A stretch of DNA of 64,000 nt from positions 13,358,550-13,422,549 of the forward strand of contig NC_090404.1 of NCBI RefSeq assembly GCF_036365525.1, in the 5' to 3' direction. The first letter of the stretch is position 1. Each line of letters begins with the position of its first letter. Below are positions 62,876-64,000 of this stretch, in pieces. The translations under genes and the position numbers were made by a program. This DNA is from Heterodontus francisci. Lineage: Eukaryota. Below the pieces are notes generated by a model. It had not been told where the DNA came from and did no database searches. It saw nothing but the letters and a program-made list of their open reading frames with translations.

Positions 62876-63815
62876 TAAATAAAAGCAAAATACTGCAGAT
62901 GCTGGAAATCCGAAATAAAACCAAAAAAAAGAATACTCAGCAGGTCCGGCAGCCTCCGTGGAGAGAGAAGCAAAGCTAACGTTTCAGGTCAGTGACCTTT
63001 CATCAGAACTGGCAAAGGTTAGAAATGTAACAGGTTTTAAGCAAATAAAGTGGGGGTGGGGCAAAAGAGAACAAATGGGAAGGTATTGATAGGACAGAGG
63101 GTGACAGAGAATAACTAACAAGGAGGTCGTGGGGCGAAGACATTGAGTGTGTTAATGGTGTTTTGAAAGACAAAGTGTTAGTGCAGAGAGGGTGTTAAAT
63201 GACAGAATAATGAAAGCCCTAGCCACAAGCAAAAACAGGAAAAAAATGAAAAAAAAAACAGTGGGTAGGCACATGGTAAAAAAAAGTGTAATGATGAAAC
63301 AAACTAAAATAAAATGAAATGCAAATAAATAATACAAAGTAAAACTAAAAAAAGGGAGCGTCAGTAATGCTCTGAAATTATTGAACTCAATGTTCAGTCC
63401 AGCAGACTGTAGTGTGCCTAATCGGTAAATGAGATTCTATTCCTCGAGCTTGCGTTGATGTTCACTGGAACACTGCAGCAATCCCAGGACAGAGATGTGA
63501 GCATGACAGCAGGGAGGGAGCGGGGTGTGGGGGCGGGGGTGGGCGGGGGGGGGGGGGGGGGGTGGTTGTGGTGGGTGGGGGGGGGGGGGGTGTTGAAATG
63601 GTAAGCGACAGGAATCTCGGGGTCATGTTTTCAGACTGAGCGGAGGTGTTCGGCAAAGCGGAAACCCAATCTGCATTTGATCCCTCCAGTGTCGAGGAGA
63701 CCACATTGTGAGCAGCGAATACAGTATACAAAATTGAAAGAAGTACGAGTAAATCGCAGCTTCACATGAAAGGAGTGTTTGGGGCCTTGGATAGTGGGCA
63801 GGTATTACACCTCCT
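62876..63815 (-). mobile_element. Penelope-like element, 3' part
   Basis: Reverse complement of 36976-37735 (GIY-YIG C-terminus and terminal region). Confidence 0.85.
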
Positions 63816-64000
63816 GCTGGGTTAAATTAGCTCCAATTTGCTAATTAGCTCTTGGAGACACAGCCTGACATTCTTGTATTCATATGTAAATCAGGATACC
63901 CGAAATCCACTCAATGGCCCCAATCTAAACTAGATGAAACAGGAAGCGCCGGCAGAGGGCGCCAAGTTCAAACATGGTAATTACAAACTCACGTGATGCC

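Overview
Eukaryotic (vertebrate) genomic DNA, most likely from a cartilaginous fish (inferred from the CR1/L2-type LINE, Penelope and tRNA-SINE landscape and from the V-segment sequences). The window looks like one edge of a T-cell receptor alpha/delta variable-gene array. 1-13.3 kb holds a head-to-head pair of C2H2 zinc-finger genes around a CpG-island promoter; one carries about 19 homogenised 84-bp fingers and an RTE insertion. 15.7-61.8 kb holds 13 recognisable TRAV/TRDV-type V segments in both orientations, most with leader exon, intron, V exon and a 23-bp-spacer RSS. Four look conventional and functional (30.4, 44.6, 55.4, 59.0 kb). Two are open and RSS-intact but lack canonical Ig residues (33.7, 54.6 kb). 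The rest are pseudogenes. No D, J or C segments are visible. Between the V genes lie a 6.3-kb 58-bp satellite, nested CR1 LINEs, Penelope elements, SINEs and a 3.67-kb internally deleted LTR element with an F-protein-like env. The most notable observations are CTCF motifs whose strand tracks the strand of the neighbouring V gene (two about 25 bp beyond an RSS), disulfide-less V segments with intact RSSs, recurrent ETS-CRE promoter motifs, locus-internal inverted duplications, and the unusual env element. All coordinates were read by eye and no database searches were run.
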